Below, piece after piece: positions 43,459 to 56,064 of a stretch of DNA of 64,000 nucleotides (position 1 is its first letter; each line of letters begins with the position of its first letter). The stretch comes from Rotaria socialis. Its lineage: Eukaryota. A program made the translations under genes and the position numbers. Below the pieces are notes generated by a model that made no database searches, was not told where the DNA came from, and saw only the letters and a list, made by a program, of their open reading frames with translations. The DNA is taken from NCBI GenBank assembly GCA_905331295.1, contig CAJNYD010000069.1, positions 186,001-250,000 of the forward strand, given 5' to 3'.

Positions 43459-46400
43459 TTATTTTAAGTCAGGTGGTTGAAATGGCGATCGAATTTTTAT
43501 TGTATAACCATTTTCAATAATTTGTGGTGTTGTCGGTTCTGAAAATTCACCTGTAAAACCAAATATTCCAGATGTATCAACAAGAATTTCACGTGGTTTT
43601 GATGTTGGTCGAACAATGACACGACTTTTTTCACGTTGGCGTTCAGCAGGACTTGTGTAATAATTTAAAGAATTGCACGCTTTTGATAGGGTACCTGAAG
43701 AAAAGTTGCAGATGGAATTAACTAAATGATTTGAATAAAATAGAATTGAGGGAAAAAAATAGCAGAAAGTAATTTTCGAGGTAATATAGGTAATTTTTCG
43801 ATAGGTCTTCATTATAATTGGACACGTATCAAAAACACAAGGTAAAATTAATTTTTTTTAAATTGCCTTATTAATTATGAATTATATTAAGAGAAGTAAT
43901 TGTCTCAAAAAAGTATTAAAAGGTACCTGCTTCTGTGAACTCATCGGAACATTAATTTGTGATCGAAAATAAACTAAACAATCATCCAGATTGATTAAAG
44001 TCGAGTTCATCTAACCGAATAATCTTTCTAAAATTCTTCCTTTGACATACTCTAGCACTATTCTCATACTAACTACTTCGATTTTCTATCAAGGAAACCA
44101 ATGTGTTTTGTGTAGCGTCGTTTACTCGGCAAGGACGTTTCTCTTCATTTAAGCGAATAACGACTCGAATGTTTAAAGTGCATATCTAATTTTGATCCTA
44201 TTAATATTTAACATTCTTTTTTTTTTAGAATTATAACTTAATATATTTTGTTGATACGAGTAAATTCCAAGAGAATTTATAGACATTATAACGAAGGTGT
44301 ATAGATCCGAAATGGTTTCTCGATTAGTTGTCTCTCTCGTTTTAGAAATATGACTGAGAAAAATAAGAATACATACATTATATTCTTTCTCGATATCAAT
44401 ATTCAATAATCTGTCAATTTTTATATCATTATTTTTTTCATTAGCCGCTAAGCAAACTCAACATAAAATCAGCACTATTGACCCAATTCCAATAAAGATT
44501 TGACAGGGAGGGGAATGAAAAAAGTCGAGTCATTCATATTCCACATAAAGAAATATTTACAAAGAACAGAAAAAGTCCTTCAACAAGTTTGATTAATGAC
44601 ATTAATTTTTGGCTTATCAAGGTTCAAATTTTCAAGAACAAGAACTCATTAAAGATATAATGATGATGAAACAAACGAAATCAATTTGTTTAATAAAAGC
44701 AAAAGGAATGGCAATGAAGCAGTAGATGACGGCATGCAAACGATAATCAACACGTAAAGAGAGAAAAAAGATAATGAATATATGTGAATATATATATATG
44801 AAACCGAAGCATTACCATTGCGAGCATGCATCCGTTGCACGAAATCTTTGTGGTGTCCTTTTTTACTAGCACGATGATACTGTTTTTCGACAAAGCCATC
44901 GTCTATGACGAAGATGCACAAAAGCATAGTATAAGCAAATTTATAAAGCAAGATTAAAGTGAAAGAAAGTAAAGAAAGAGAAAACATCAATAAGATGCTA
45001 AATAAGAAATTATTATGAATATAAATTATTCAAGGAATGGATGCAATAAATGCTGATAGCTACCATCATAGAAGCGTGAAAGCGGCCGTTTCTTTGATTT
45101 TCTATTTTTACTACCTGCTCCGTCTTAAAATTGAAAGTAGAAAAAAAAATGAAATAGATATTAATTGAATGCTTTGTTTTGTTCTCACCTGAACTTGATG
45201 CTGAATCACAGCGTACTTTTTCTGTTTTTTCGAATCGTTCGATTACTTGCGTTTCTACATCAAAACAACGATAATACAAATAAATAATTAGAAATTTTCG
45301 TTTACCTGTAACACACAAGGGTTTTTTTGGTAAACCGACTGTTGTTGTACCAGCATCTCTCATTTCTGGACGAACTAATAAAAATAACAATTTATTTTAA
45401 ATAAAAATATTTTTTTAATATATATTCACCTAATTTTGGTGTTGGTGGACGTGGGATATAAAGATCGTGAGTTGATGTTGTTGCATCATGACGAATAATT
45501 CTTGGTGGAGGCGGTGGTGGAGCTGGTTGTTCACGTTCAACTAATCATAAATGCATCAATGTAATGAATACTACTGGAAAGAATAATTTTCTTACTTGGA
45601 ACAATTCGTTCTGGGGCTTTATTGTAATTGTAATTATATTCAAAATGTTCTTCATGACGCTCATCAACATATTTTGACCAACGATTTTGTCGTTGTTGAT
45701 GTTGAATATCTCAAAAAAGGAAGTTTTTTTAAATAATTTACTTTGTAAATATTTTATTATCATGATTGATATGACAAGTGATGATAAAATAGAAAACAAG
45801 AATGGAAAAATTAAAAAAATATTTACCTGTCGATTCTTTATGTAAGTCAAAACAAGATGAAGGACGTGGTCGTATTTTAACTTGTCGGATAGTTGGTGAT
45901 GGTGTACGAACAAATGAAACCATACAAGGTGGAGGTGGTGGTGGTCGGCGTTTTGCTTCTTCTATAGTTACTGTTTCTAGTTTTATAATAACAAAAAAAT
46001 CATTTTTACATTTTACATTAATTAACAATACATTTTCCTTTTATCGTTACCTATTTTTTCGACAAGTATTTCTCTTGAAGCACAACGATTTAAAGCACGA
46101 CGTGGTGGTGGTGGAGGAGAAAAACAATACGAATTAATATTGGCATTTGGATAGTGTACACCTTTTATGGTTTTTAAACAAAATGAAAACATACATTTAA
46201 TAGAATGTTTTTTATATTAACATACTATAACACTCTCGTTTATATCGGCGACCTGATGAACGACTTCTATGATGTTGTTGTTGTTGTTGTTGTTGCTGTT
46301 GATGTTGATGTTGATGTTGATGATGATGATGCTGAAGGTGATTAAGGGATGCAAAATCACTTTCTATACAAGGAATATCATCGAAGAATGATAATCGCTG

Positions 46401-48069
46401 AGGTTCAAATGGGTCACATGGCTCTGTTAAAACCACTGACAATGGTCGACCGTTATGATAGTGCGAATAACACATATTATTACATTCTTCATCCCATAGA
46501 TAGCTACCCATTCGACAACTTTTTTGTTGAAACCAATCTAGAGACAAGAAGAAAAAAATCATAATTGCTATTGGTGTAATCAGTATAAAAATTTCGGATG
46601 AACTCATGATGAGTTGAATACATGATAGCAGAAGCAAGAATTTACTTGAACATAGCTTTCTAAATTACTCACGGAAATTACAATCCATCTCCCACTGGTA
46701 CCAGTATCAATTATGGCCTATTATAGTTTTTTAACTAATAATATTTCACAACTGAATAATGACTATATATGATGTTTAGGATAAATTTTACGTAATCTAC
46801 ATGGAAGCAGATAGAAAACAAACAGTGCTTGCAGTTCTTAAAAAAATTGAGAGATAAGAAACAAAAAAAGAAAAAAAAATCAACATTTTTTTCACGATAG
46901 TAATATGTTGTTGAAAGGAAAAGCATTCACACACACACACACTCACTCACCCACTCTCTCTCTCACTCTCGCTACCTATGTCTATGTGTTTCTCTTTGAG
47001 GTGACATTGAATAAAAAATTGTCGGTGGGAACGCAAATATGTGTAACATATACAATAAGATGTGTTTTTTTTGTGACAGGAAGCACGAGTGCTAACTATG
47101 GGAAACACATATTACTCTCCCCGATAATGTTGTCGTGTATGTAAAGTTGATCCGAAGCAAATGTTCTTCTTATTTCTGCGGTTTGCGTATGTTTGTGCTT
47201 CATGTATACGGACGTTTTCTTTTTTTTCTTTATTCTTTTTTCTCTCCCTTCTCCTGTCAAAATTTCGTGCTCTTTCCTATAGGAAAATAATCTTTCATAT
47301 GAATGGCTATTACATGCATTTCTCTTACGAATATATTAATCTAACATTCGATCAATTTTCTCAAGTATGTTTTGAAATTGTGTTAACACGTTGAATCAAG
47401 TATAATACGCCACTTATAGTTTTTTTTGCGATGAGCAGACAACAACGTCTGATACAAATTCTTATAGGTATAAATTGATAATCTTTTGAAATGCAATCAA
47501 GAGTCTATATGTATATAAGAGCTTAGGATTGTGGTTGCACAGTAAAAACTGAAGGTCTTCATATACAGAAGGTGAGAACCTCGCTATTTGCAAATCAGAT
47601 CTTTGATTGCCATACAAACGAGAAAAAAATAGACTTTGCCCAATTTATTTTATCATTTAAATTTATAGCTGCTGTTATTGTTTACTTCAAATAGCAGTCG
47701 AGCTAGACGCCAAAAACCCTAACCTTATCATTCGTGTATATTTTCTCTTTCATTTTTTATTTCTCTTCCCACGCTAATACTCCGCACATTGATTCTTTTC
47801 ACTTTGATTCGATTCTTTTTCTTTACAAAGAGATAAGCGTTTATTATTCTCTCGTTTGCTCTTTCTTTTTCTCTCTCTTTACTGACAAATATGTACATGG
47901 TACTCATCAAATTCACCTTCAAAAAAGTATCTACAATAATATCAAAACATGCATGATAATCACTATTGTAATTCAGGTGTGTGTATTTAGTGACAATAAG
48001 GAAAAGATAATGCCAAACAACCCACGTACCTGGTCTGTATGACGACGACGGCTTTTGATGTCGAGACAT
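43459..48069 (-). CDS. Uncharacterised Pro-rich, poly-His/Gln-containing, likely disordered protein (about 450 aa)
   Basis: Exons 48069-48030, 46537-46226, 46161-46051, 45976-45827, 45709-45596, 45540-45430, 45374-45306, 45254-45189, 45123-45064, 44902-44816, 43694-43459 form one frame with GT-AG introns. First exon uncertain. Confidence 0.65.
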
Positions 48070-50043
48070 TTCTTCTTGAAAATTAACAAACGAAACGAGA
48101 AGAGAGGACCTTGTTATGTCTCTTTTCTTCTTTTTCTATTTACTTGCAGATTGAGAATGAAGAGAAGAAAAAAGAAAGCGAAAGTTATGATCGCTTTCGG
48201 TAGAGAGATCAGTGTTCGCTGATTGTGGGTGTATGAATATTAAATGTATGTTTAAGTTGCTTCAATATCGATTTTGATAAATATCTTTGTTCTTCTTGCT
48301 TGCTTTTTTTAGTGTCCGATCATTTTTGTTTAAATGAACGTATGCATTCGTTTATGCTTAGAATTCGTTATGATTGATTTTACATATAAATGAATAAGCA
48401 CTTTTCAAAGTCTTCTTCGATCTTTTTTCCTGATTGGATAAACAATTAACGGCAGCCATACTTTCAATTTTCATCACTATTACATTCATATGTCTTTCAA
48501 TTTGATCAAAAATAAAACAAACTAGCTATGAGCAACTTAGTAATATATTCAAGTTGTTACTTGATTATGACATAAAATATTTCAAGGTTGTATGTGCATT
48601 TATGTTATGTCCGTAGATATTTGTAAGAGTTTTTATAGAGCTATTTCAATGTTGTCATGGATTGAATAACACCTGAGAAAATAAAAAACAGCATAGAACA
48701 AATTTATTTCTCATAAATAAAATAGACACAATATCATGCCCATGGGATGATGAATGCGTTATACGATGAACAAATATTTTATCAGTTGACATTGATTTAA
48801 GACATTTTTTAAAAGGTAAAAGAAAAAGTTTTGATCTTATTTTCTATGATAAGAAAATCAAGAAGAAACTGATTCTCTGACAAAACATAATTAATAGAAA
48901 TATTTTAACAAACATAATCAAAATACTTCATTTTTTTTTGCTTTTATTCATTCGGTAACTAATAGATCAATTCTCAAGCAAGCAGAAATTTTGCGTCTAG
49001 AGGAAATCATTCTATTTCGGGTTACGTCTTTATAGTGACAAAAAAAAACTACGTCTCGCTTGAATTCTAAATGAAGTCATTAAAATATTAACAAAGTAGA
49101 TCAAGCATGCATTTTACTTACGGGTAGAAAAAAAATGACTATGAATTGAATCTTCTAAAAAAGAAAATATTGTCTAAGGTAGAAATTAGGATTTATCGAA
49201 AAATGAAATTATCAGTACGCAAAAGTCAACATTCTCATGTTTCAATATATAAATTTCCATTCAAAATCTTTACCTTTTGCTCTACTCTCTCTAATAAATA
49301 AATAAACACATTAGTTAGGTAAGAATTTTGAAGCATTTCATTTCTTCCCACTTAAAAAATTTTCCGAGTGAACAATATTTTTAGGAGAAAAACTAACGAC
49401 CGATGAAGTAGAAATTTCTTAGAATAACGAATGCTTCATTGTTGTTATTTTTCTTCCTCTTCTTTTTCTTTCAATAAAATTTCCTTCACGAGTGTGATCA
49501 AAGCTGAGCATAATACATCTTGAATTTCCACTTATATACTGAACAGCATAAAATGTAAAGTATATTTACGCGTTTGCAATTAATTTCTTCCGTCCATGAT
49601 AAAAACGCATGTTAGTAAGAAATTCAAGATCCAGAAAATTGATTAAATTTTTTTCTTCAAACCACACATCATAACATTCCAATTTATTTTAATTCATCTC
49701 TATTCTTTTGTATGTGGTCAAATAGAAGTGTTGTATAACAAAAGGAAAAAAATAGAAATACATTTCTGTTTGAATGTTTAAGTACAACAAATAAAAGATA
49801 AGCGAAAAAGAAAAAAAAGAAGAAAAAAAAATTAAATGAAGTTATGCGATCAAGGAAAAGAGAAAAAATATCAATTCGTCTACCACAAAGGAGAAGAAAG
49901 AAAAAGGTTGCTATTGCGCGGTAGGATGAAACCGATTTGTACAACAGATCAATCGGTAGACGAGTCAACGAGAACGAACAAGATAATAATTTGAAGATCA
50001 TTTATAAGAACAAAGAAAGAAAAATTTAATTAATAACGTGTCA

Positions 50044-52006
50044 CTAATAATGAGGATTGAGATCACTGCCAGCCATTTCTAAACCTTCACCTAATTTATA
50101 AACATATACTTTATAATCTTTCGATGCCATTGCTAATTCATCATTATATCCAACAGCAACATCGAAACATTGAGAATGTTTCATAAGCTAAAAAAAAGCA
50201 AAAGAAAATTATGATATTAAAAATTAAGAATTGATTTTTGTCGTTGCAAAAAATTCTTACTGAATAATGCGAATATTTTCTATTTCCATCATAATCATAT
50301 GTTGTTATATTAAAATTTTCATGATTATCAACAACAATAAGTTCACGCCGTGGTTGATTCTAAAAATAAAATATGAAGAATTTATTAGTAAGAAAAAGAA
50401 GTAAATTAATGACGAAAAAAACTTACAATTCGGCATGCTATTGGATATGTGATTCCAGCTCCGATATTTTTCAAATGTTTACCATTATAATCAAATACTC
50501 GAACAAAATGTGATTCATTATCGCTAACATAGAGTTCGTGTCGATCATTGACACAGACACTTGTCGGAAAACTCAAATGATCGCGTAAATCACATTGACC
50601 CCATAAACGACCTGATGTTGGATCATATATATGCACTAAAATTAAATAGAAATTATTTCTAGTTATAGAAAAATTCATATTTCTTACCTTTCATTATTTT
50701 CGATTCAATAACAATAATTCGACCCTGTTGATCGATACAAATAGCTCTTGGACTTTCAAGATCATTCCCGAATCGTCGAATAAATTGGCCATTTCGATCA
50801 AATATTTGTATCATTGGTCGTGGTGAACGTTGTACCATAACAAGCTAAATTGATATTTATTAATCGAGATTTGCTTTTCTACTATTTCAACAACTCTTGA
50901 TCTTACTAAATCATGTCCAGGCAAAACAGCAATACGATATGGATAAAGTAATGCACCAGGTCTTGTTCCAGCTTGACCAAATTTCAGCACACATTCTCGT
51001 CGAACAGGATCAAAAAGTTTAATTTGACTCGAATTAGTATCAACCACAGAAATGGTACCATCCGAAAGGAAAGCAATACCATTCGGTTCAAGAAATTCAT
51101 GAATACCACGGCCATAGCCACCGAATTTATATTCATCTAATTAAAAACAAAATTCATATAGTAATCGTTTTCTCAATGGTTGTTTCTATTTTATACATGA
51201 AGTAGAATATCTTAATGATGTTTGATTATGAGATCGAGATACGCGACGTTGTGATTGATCATTAGTCGATCGACTAATTATTGGTTGAGAATTTGTTATT
51301 AAGCCTCTCTCATTTTCCATATGAAATTCAGCTGCCGATGGATCCAGTATTGAAGAATGTTTCAATCGATGAGTAAATGGCGATGGTTCATATGAATGAT
51401 AACCACTTGTACTAGCAAATAAATCATTTGTCGATGACCCAGTTAATGCTTCTAAAAAACAAACAATTGGCTCTTATTTTTACTTCACAAGGAAATTTTT
51501 CATCTTTTTTTCTTTTACCAAAAGTAATTCCAGCTTGTTCAATAATTGAAAGAATTTCATCATGATTTCCATCAATACTTGTACAAGCATTTCCTGTTAG
51601 TGCATCAAGTGACGATGATTCATTTAAACTTGTATTCGCACTACTATGACGAAGTAAATAATTATTATTTATCGACGATGGATTAAGCATATGAGATCGA
51701 TTCGGTTCAAATAATTCTCGACATTCTGTCCATGCATCATTTTCATTTTCATCATTATCAATTCTTATCACTGGTGCACCTAAAGAAAACGAAGAAATTC
51801 TTTTTATTTTTTTTATTTTTAAATAAATAAAAAGATTTTTGCTTACCACTAAGTAATTTCCATCGACAATCATCATCGACAATATCATTGAGTTGAAACT
51901 TTTTATTAGTTACATCCGAAAAATGTTTACGGATAGGTGATGAACAAGGATTCATAGTAGATTTGATTTCACTCATTATATTTACTGGTATCGAACACTC
52001 ACTCAT
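50044..52006 (-). CDS. brat: Brat/NCL-1-like NHL beta-propeller protein
   Basis: Exons 52006-51847, 51779-51519, 51451-51197, 51136-50907, 50844-50688, 50635-50428, 50359-50261, 50188-50044. FLEPNGIAF, LLYPYRIAV, QRSP, DNHENLN and KHSQCFDVAV..ASKDYKVYVY match my recollection of the Brat NHL domain. Confidence 0.8.
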
Positions 52007-53744
52007 ACAATACAAACGCTCACGCCGACAACTTGTGTAATATGTACAATAAATAAATAAAAGACACAAAAGAGGAAAAATTAAAAGAAATGACGATCCG
52101 ACTGATCGTAACGAAGAACAATGATTATATGAAAATAGTCGAAAATTTACATTTGAAATTTTCGATTGTTTTTTTGTTTCCCTAAAAAGTAAAGAACGAT
52201 CTAGGGTATTGAATCATTTAGGAATGTATGTACATTATGGACGATAGGAAAGATGCTATGATTTAATATGATTCGTCATGTCTAGAATATACGTATGAAC
52301 AGGGCATTGTATAAAAAGGTGATTGTCTGATCGAACGCAGACAGAGAGAACGGGAGAAAATCCAACCACGTGATATGACCAACTGTTTATAAATTCCATG
52401 AACTGGTTTTGAGAAAGTTTTTCTTCGACTTTCATTTGGTTTAAATCATAGAATCATGTAGCTATCTATCGTAAATTTCTGTTAGTTGAAAATATAATAG
52501 GAAAATCGCTACGCGACTTTTATAATAGTTTTATTTGTTGTAAGTTGAATATAGGCTCCGAATAATTTTACTGTTTACCCTATCATGAAGTAGATTATTT
52601 TCTATTCAGACAAACTTTTTCTAATATCCAGTGAAATTTTATCACGTGTCTACCATCAATGGTACGCCAAACGGTCGTTTTGGCAATGCGTATTTTTCTT
52701 ATGAAGAATTTTATTTACTTATGAAAATTTATTTCTCTATAATTTGATGTCAAATAATTGAACCGAAATGAAACTCAACTCTTTTCATTCATCACATCTT
52801 ACTAAGATTATTACATACAGTAATATATGTAAAGATTAAAATGAATATACTATTTTAACAATCGAAATACAACAATAGATCTCAATGAGTGCAAGAAAAC
52901 AAAATTCTACCTCGATGAAGTTCATAGTAAGTTGAGACTATTTGCTGAATCTTCCGAACGAATAAATCTCAAATGTAATTCTACAATAAATATTCCTATT
53001 TGCAATATTTCAAAATTGTATCATGACGATAGGTATCTATTTATTTTCACGAATGTAATTATAACAGATATAATATATTACCTTGTTTGTAAAGTAGGTT
53101 AGTGCAAAATTAAAATTCTGAATTTGATACAATTCTCCATGAATGTATCCATTTTATATTAGAATTTGCTCTTATCATCGTCGTAGCTGTCATGACAAAT
53201 ATCCATTAGTAATCTAATTAAAGATCAATACAACTACACTTATGTCGCAGTCGTTTTTCTCATTCCAACAGATGTTCAAAATAAGTAAAAAAGCTTAGAT
53301 ATAAAAAGCTCGTTACTAAACAAAACAACAATAGGTCAAATAAATATTAGTTTAACGTCATTAACAGATTCAAATAGTTCGTCGATATCCTATTGGATTT
53401 TGCCATCGGATTATTTTCTAAATAAATTTTTTCTTCTGTCTATCACAAAATGAATCCATTTAAATATATTTAGAATCATGTGAAAAGGTTACTATTTAAA
53501 AAATAAATTAAAATTTATATTAAGGTCATTTTATGTGTAAAACAAGACTGAAACTTATCATTCATATTTAATCAATTATATAAGAATTTAATGTTTCGTT
53601 TTCTCTCTCTCTCTCTCGCTCTATAGCGACGTACATAGGACGAGAATTTTACTAATTCGAAGAAGAATGAAAGAAGAAAAATATTTGAGCATACATACTG
53701 TTTTTTTTCTTCTTCTTCTTCATCATCATCTTTCATTCTTATTC

Positions 53745-54338
53745 ATGGAACTCTATTTAAAAGAATTGATTGATGTACATAAAAAGAACAATAATGTCTA
53801 CATTTACGTTGATTTTCGTGGTGAAACACTTTTATTCAACGCATGTGATATTAAAAAATATAGTGAAATAGAACAACGTCAAATAATTGAACGCTTCTTT
53901 TTTAAATACATCGATTTAATATCCGATCCAATATTGTTTGAAATAATTCTTGATCATCTCTATGCTGGAGATTATATTTTTCTTTCTGCAAATACGAAAT
54001 CTTATCTATTCGAAACACTTGAACTTTGTCCACCAAAACAGTATCTTTCATGGATATATAAAATTCTTGACAATGAAGGAGAAATGTCGAAAATTAATAT
54101 TCAAGCATTTACAACTTATGTTGATATGAAACGAAAACGTGGTTTAACAAATGGAGAAATACGTTATACAATGGTATGTGAATCATCAACAACATTGTTG
54201 GAATTGATTTTAAGTAAAGTTTATCGCGATCGTTTAACATCAAAACAAACATGGTTAGCAATATTTCGGCTAAAACAAGCTTTATCAATGACAAGTTTAC
54301 AAAAAGATATGTTTAACGAATGGCTTGGTGTTGTTTAG
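53745..54338 (+). CDS. Intronless hypothetical protein, 197 aa
   Basis: Long ORF with normal globular composition in very AT-rich DNA; no family recognised. Confidence 0.6.
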   Translation: MELYLKELIDVHKKNNNVYIYVDFRGETLLFNACDIKKYSEIEQRQIIERFFFKYIDLISDPILFEIILDHLYAGDYIFLSANTKSYLFETLELCPPKQYLSWIYKILDNEGEMSKINIQAFTTYVDMKRKRGLTNGEIRYTMVCESSTTLLELILSKVYRDRLTSKQTWLAIFRLKQALSMTSLQKDMFNEWLGVV

Positions 54339-54359
54339 TTTTTGAAAATACCAGAATTA

Positions 54360-55748
54360 TTATCTTAAAAATGATTCATATAAAGTCCAAGCTGTTGCAG
54401 CTACTAGTGTACGACGAACTGCTCGAATAAGAAAGCCGCTCGCAAAGCCAATTAAACCATAAGTCTATTTCAAATAAAAGCTTGTTTGCAAATAAGAAAG
54501 AATTCAGTGACATTTACTTGAAAAATATATTTAATTGTCATATGCACATTTCGATAATCTGTTGGAGCTACTTGTCGATATGTTTTAATAACATCAGCTG
54601 GTTGAGTTATAAATGAAGCAATTAAACCAGCTGTAACACTTATCGAAGCTTGAGATGTTAGCCAATTTGTATTTGATGGACTATCTGAATTCGTTTTCGA
54701 CTGAAAATCATTCGAAAATTAAAAAGTCAAGTTTCTTACCCATATCATTTGAAAATATATCTTTTAATTTACGATATGACATATAATAAATACCGGAAAA
54801 GGGAAGATCACGAGCTAAAGTCGGTAGAAGACCAGTGTAAAAACCTAAAAGAGAATCGATTATAGATAAATATTCAAGTATGACTTCGTGAAATAAAGTT
54901 TAAAATGAACTCCACAGACTTCTGCTATCAGAAATATGGTTCCTCTTTTTCGCAATATTGATACACAATAATATTCAAATAAAACCAACCTTGTAAACCA
55001 TGTACTGAGTATACATGTCGAATTATAGAAATCATATTCATTGTTGTAAACCGGGAGCTCTAAACATTGATATGTCCTTTTGGTATTTCATTGAAATAAG
55101 ATATTGAACCCTACTTCAAGTCTAACTTTGATTAATGTAAATGGAAAAACAAGCAAATCAGCTGCACCTCGAGCGACAGCACCGCAAATTCCATTGACAA
55201 AAAGAGTTTGTTGAGCTTTTCTAACAAACAAGCAAAAACATTATTACTAATAGATAATTAAAAAAGCGTCTTCTTACGGAATTTTTTCTTTTAGCGAATT
55301 GAGCAAATGAAAATAAAGAGAACTACCAGGTACAGCACGAAATAAGGACTACCATAAAAAAAAATATCTGAGATAATCAATCGTAATTTTCATTCTACAA
55401 TATCCAACCGGTGTTAGACCACGCCATAGACGGAATGTTGAATATTGTTGCATAGTATGTTTTGCTATTAATCCAATTGATCGTTTGGATATTCTAAATA
55501 CAAAAAAACAAACAAGCAGATATATACTTCTATAAGTACATTGTATAGATCTTTACCCATTTTTTGGTTCTTGTATTTGAGTTTTAAGAAAGTCTAATGG
55601 TTGATATAATGTTGTTGTTATAAACGCACTAGTAGCACCAGCAATCAACGGATGTAAACTTGGTGATAATACTGAACTACATAAATTAATTAATATTCAT
55701 TTCTTTCGAAACTTTATCAAACTCCCTTTTTACTCACCTTGTACTCAT
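54360..55748 (-). CDS. SLC25A38: Mitochondrial carrier, glycine transporter SLC25A38-like (multi-exon; missed by the ORF track)
   Basis: Three carrier repeats: QPLDFLKTQIQ, FPFTLIKVRLE, QPADVIKT. Subfamily-like motifs RAVPG..LYF, ARDLPFSGIY and RRTLVAATAWTLYE. Confidence 0.88.
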
Positions 55749-56064
55749 TTTATCACATCTAAAAATCGGTAAAAAGATCAATTTCAATAGTGTGATTTGT
55801 TTTTATTATAACATTTAAAAAAAACATATAAAGTTGACAGAAAAAAGAACAATTTTAACATAAAGCTAACGGTAATTCTCTTTTTTTACTGATTTAATGA
55901 TGGTTGTTCAGTTGAATCTGAAGTAAATTAGTTGGCACGTTTCGTATCGATGTCAAAGATGAATAATTATCTTGATTAATTACTTGTTTTCTCTATAAAA
56001 TTATACACAAGATAATTAATGTGGAAAACAAGAAAATAAAAGCTGATTACCTGCATTGCTACTA

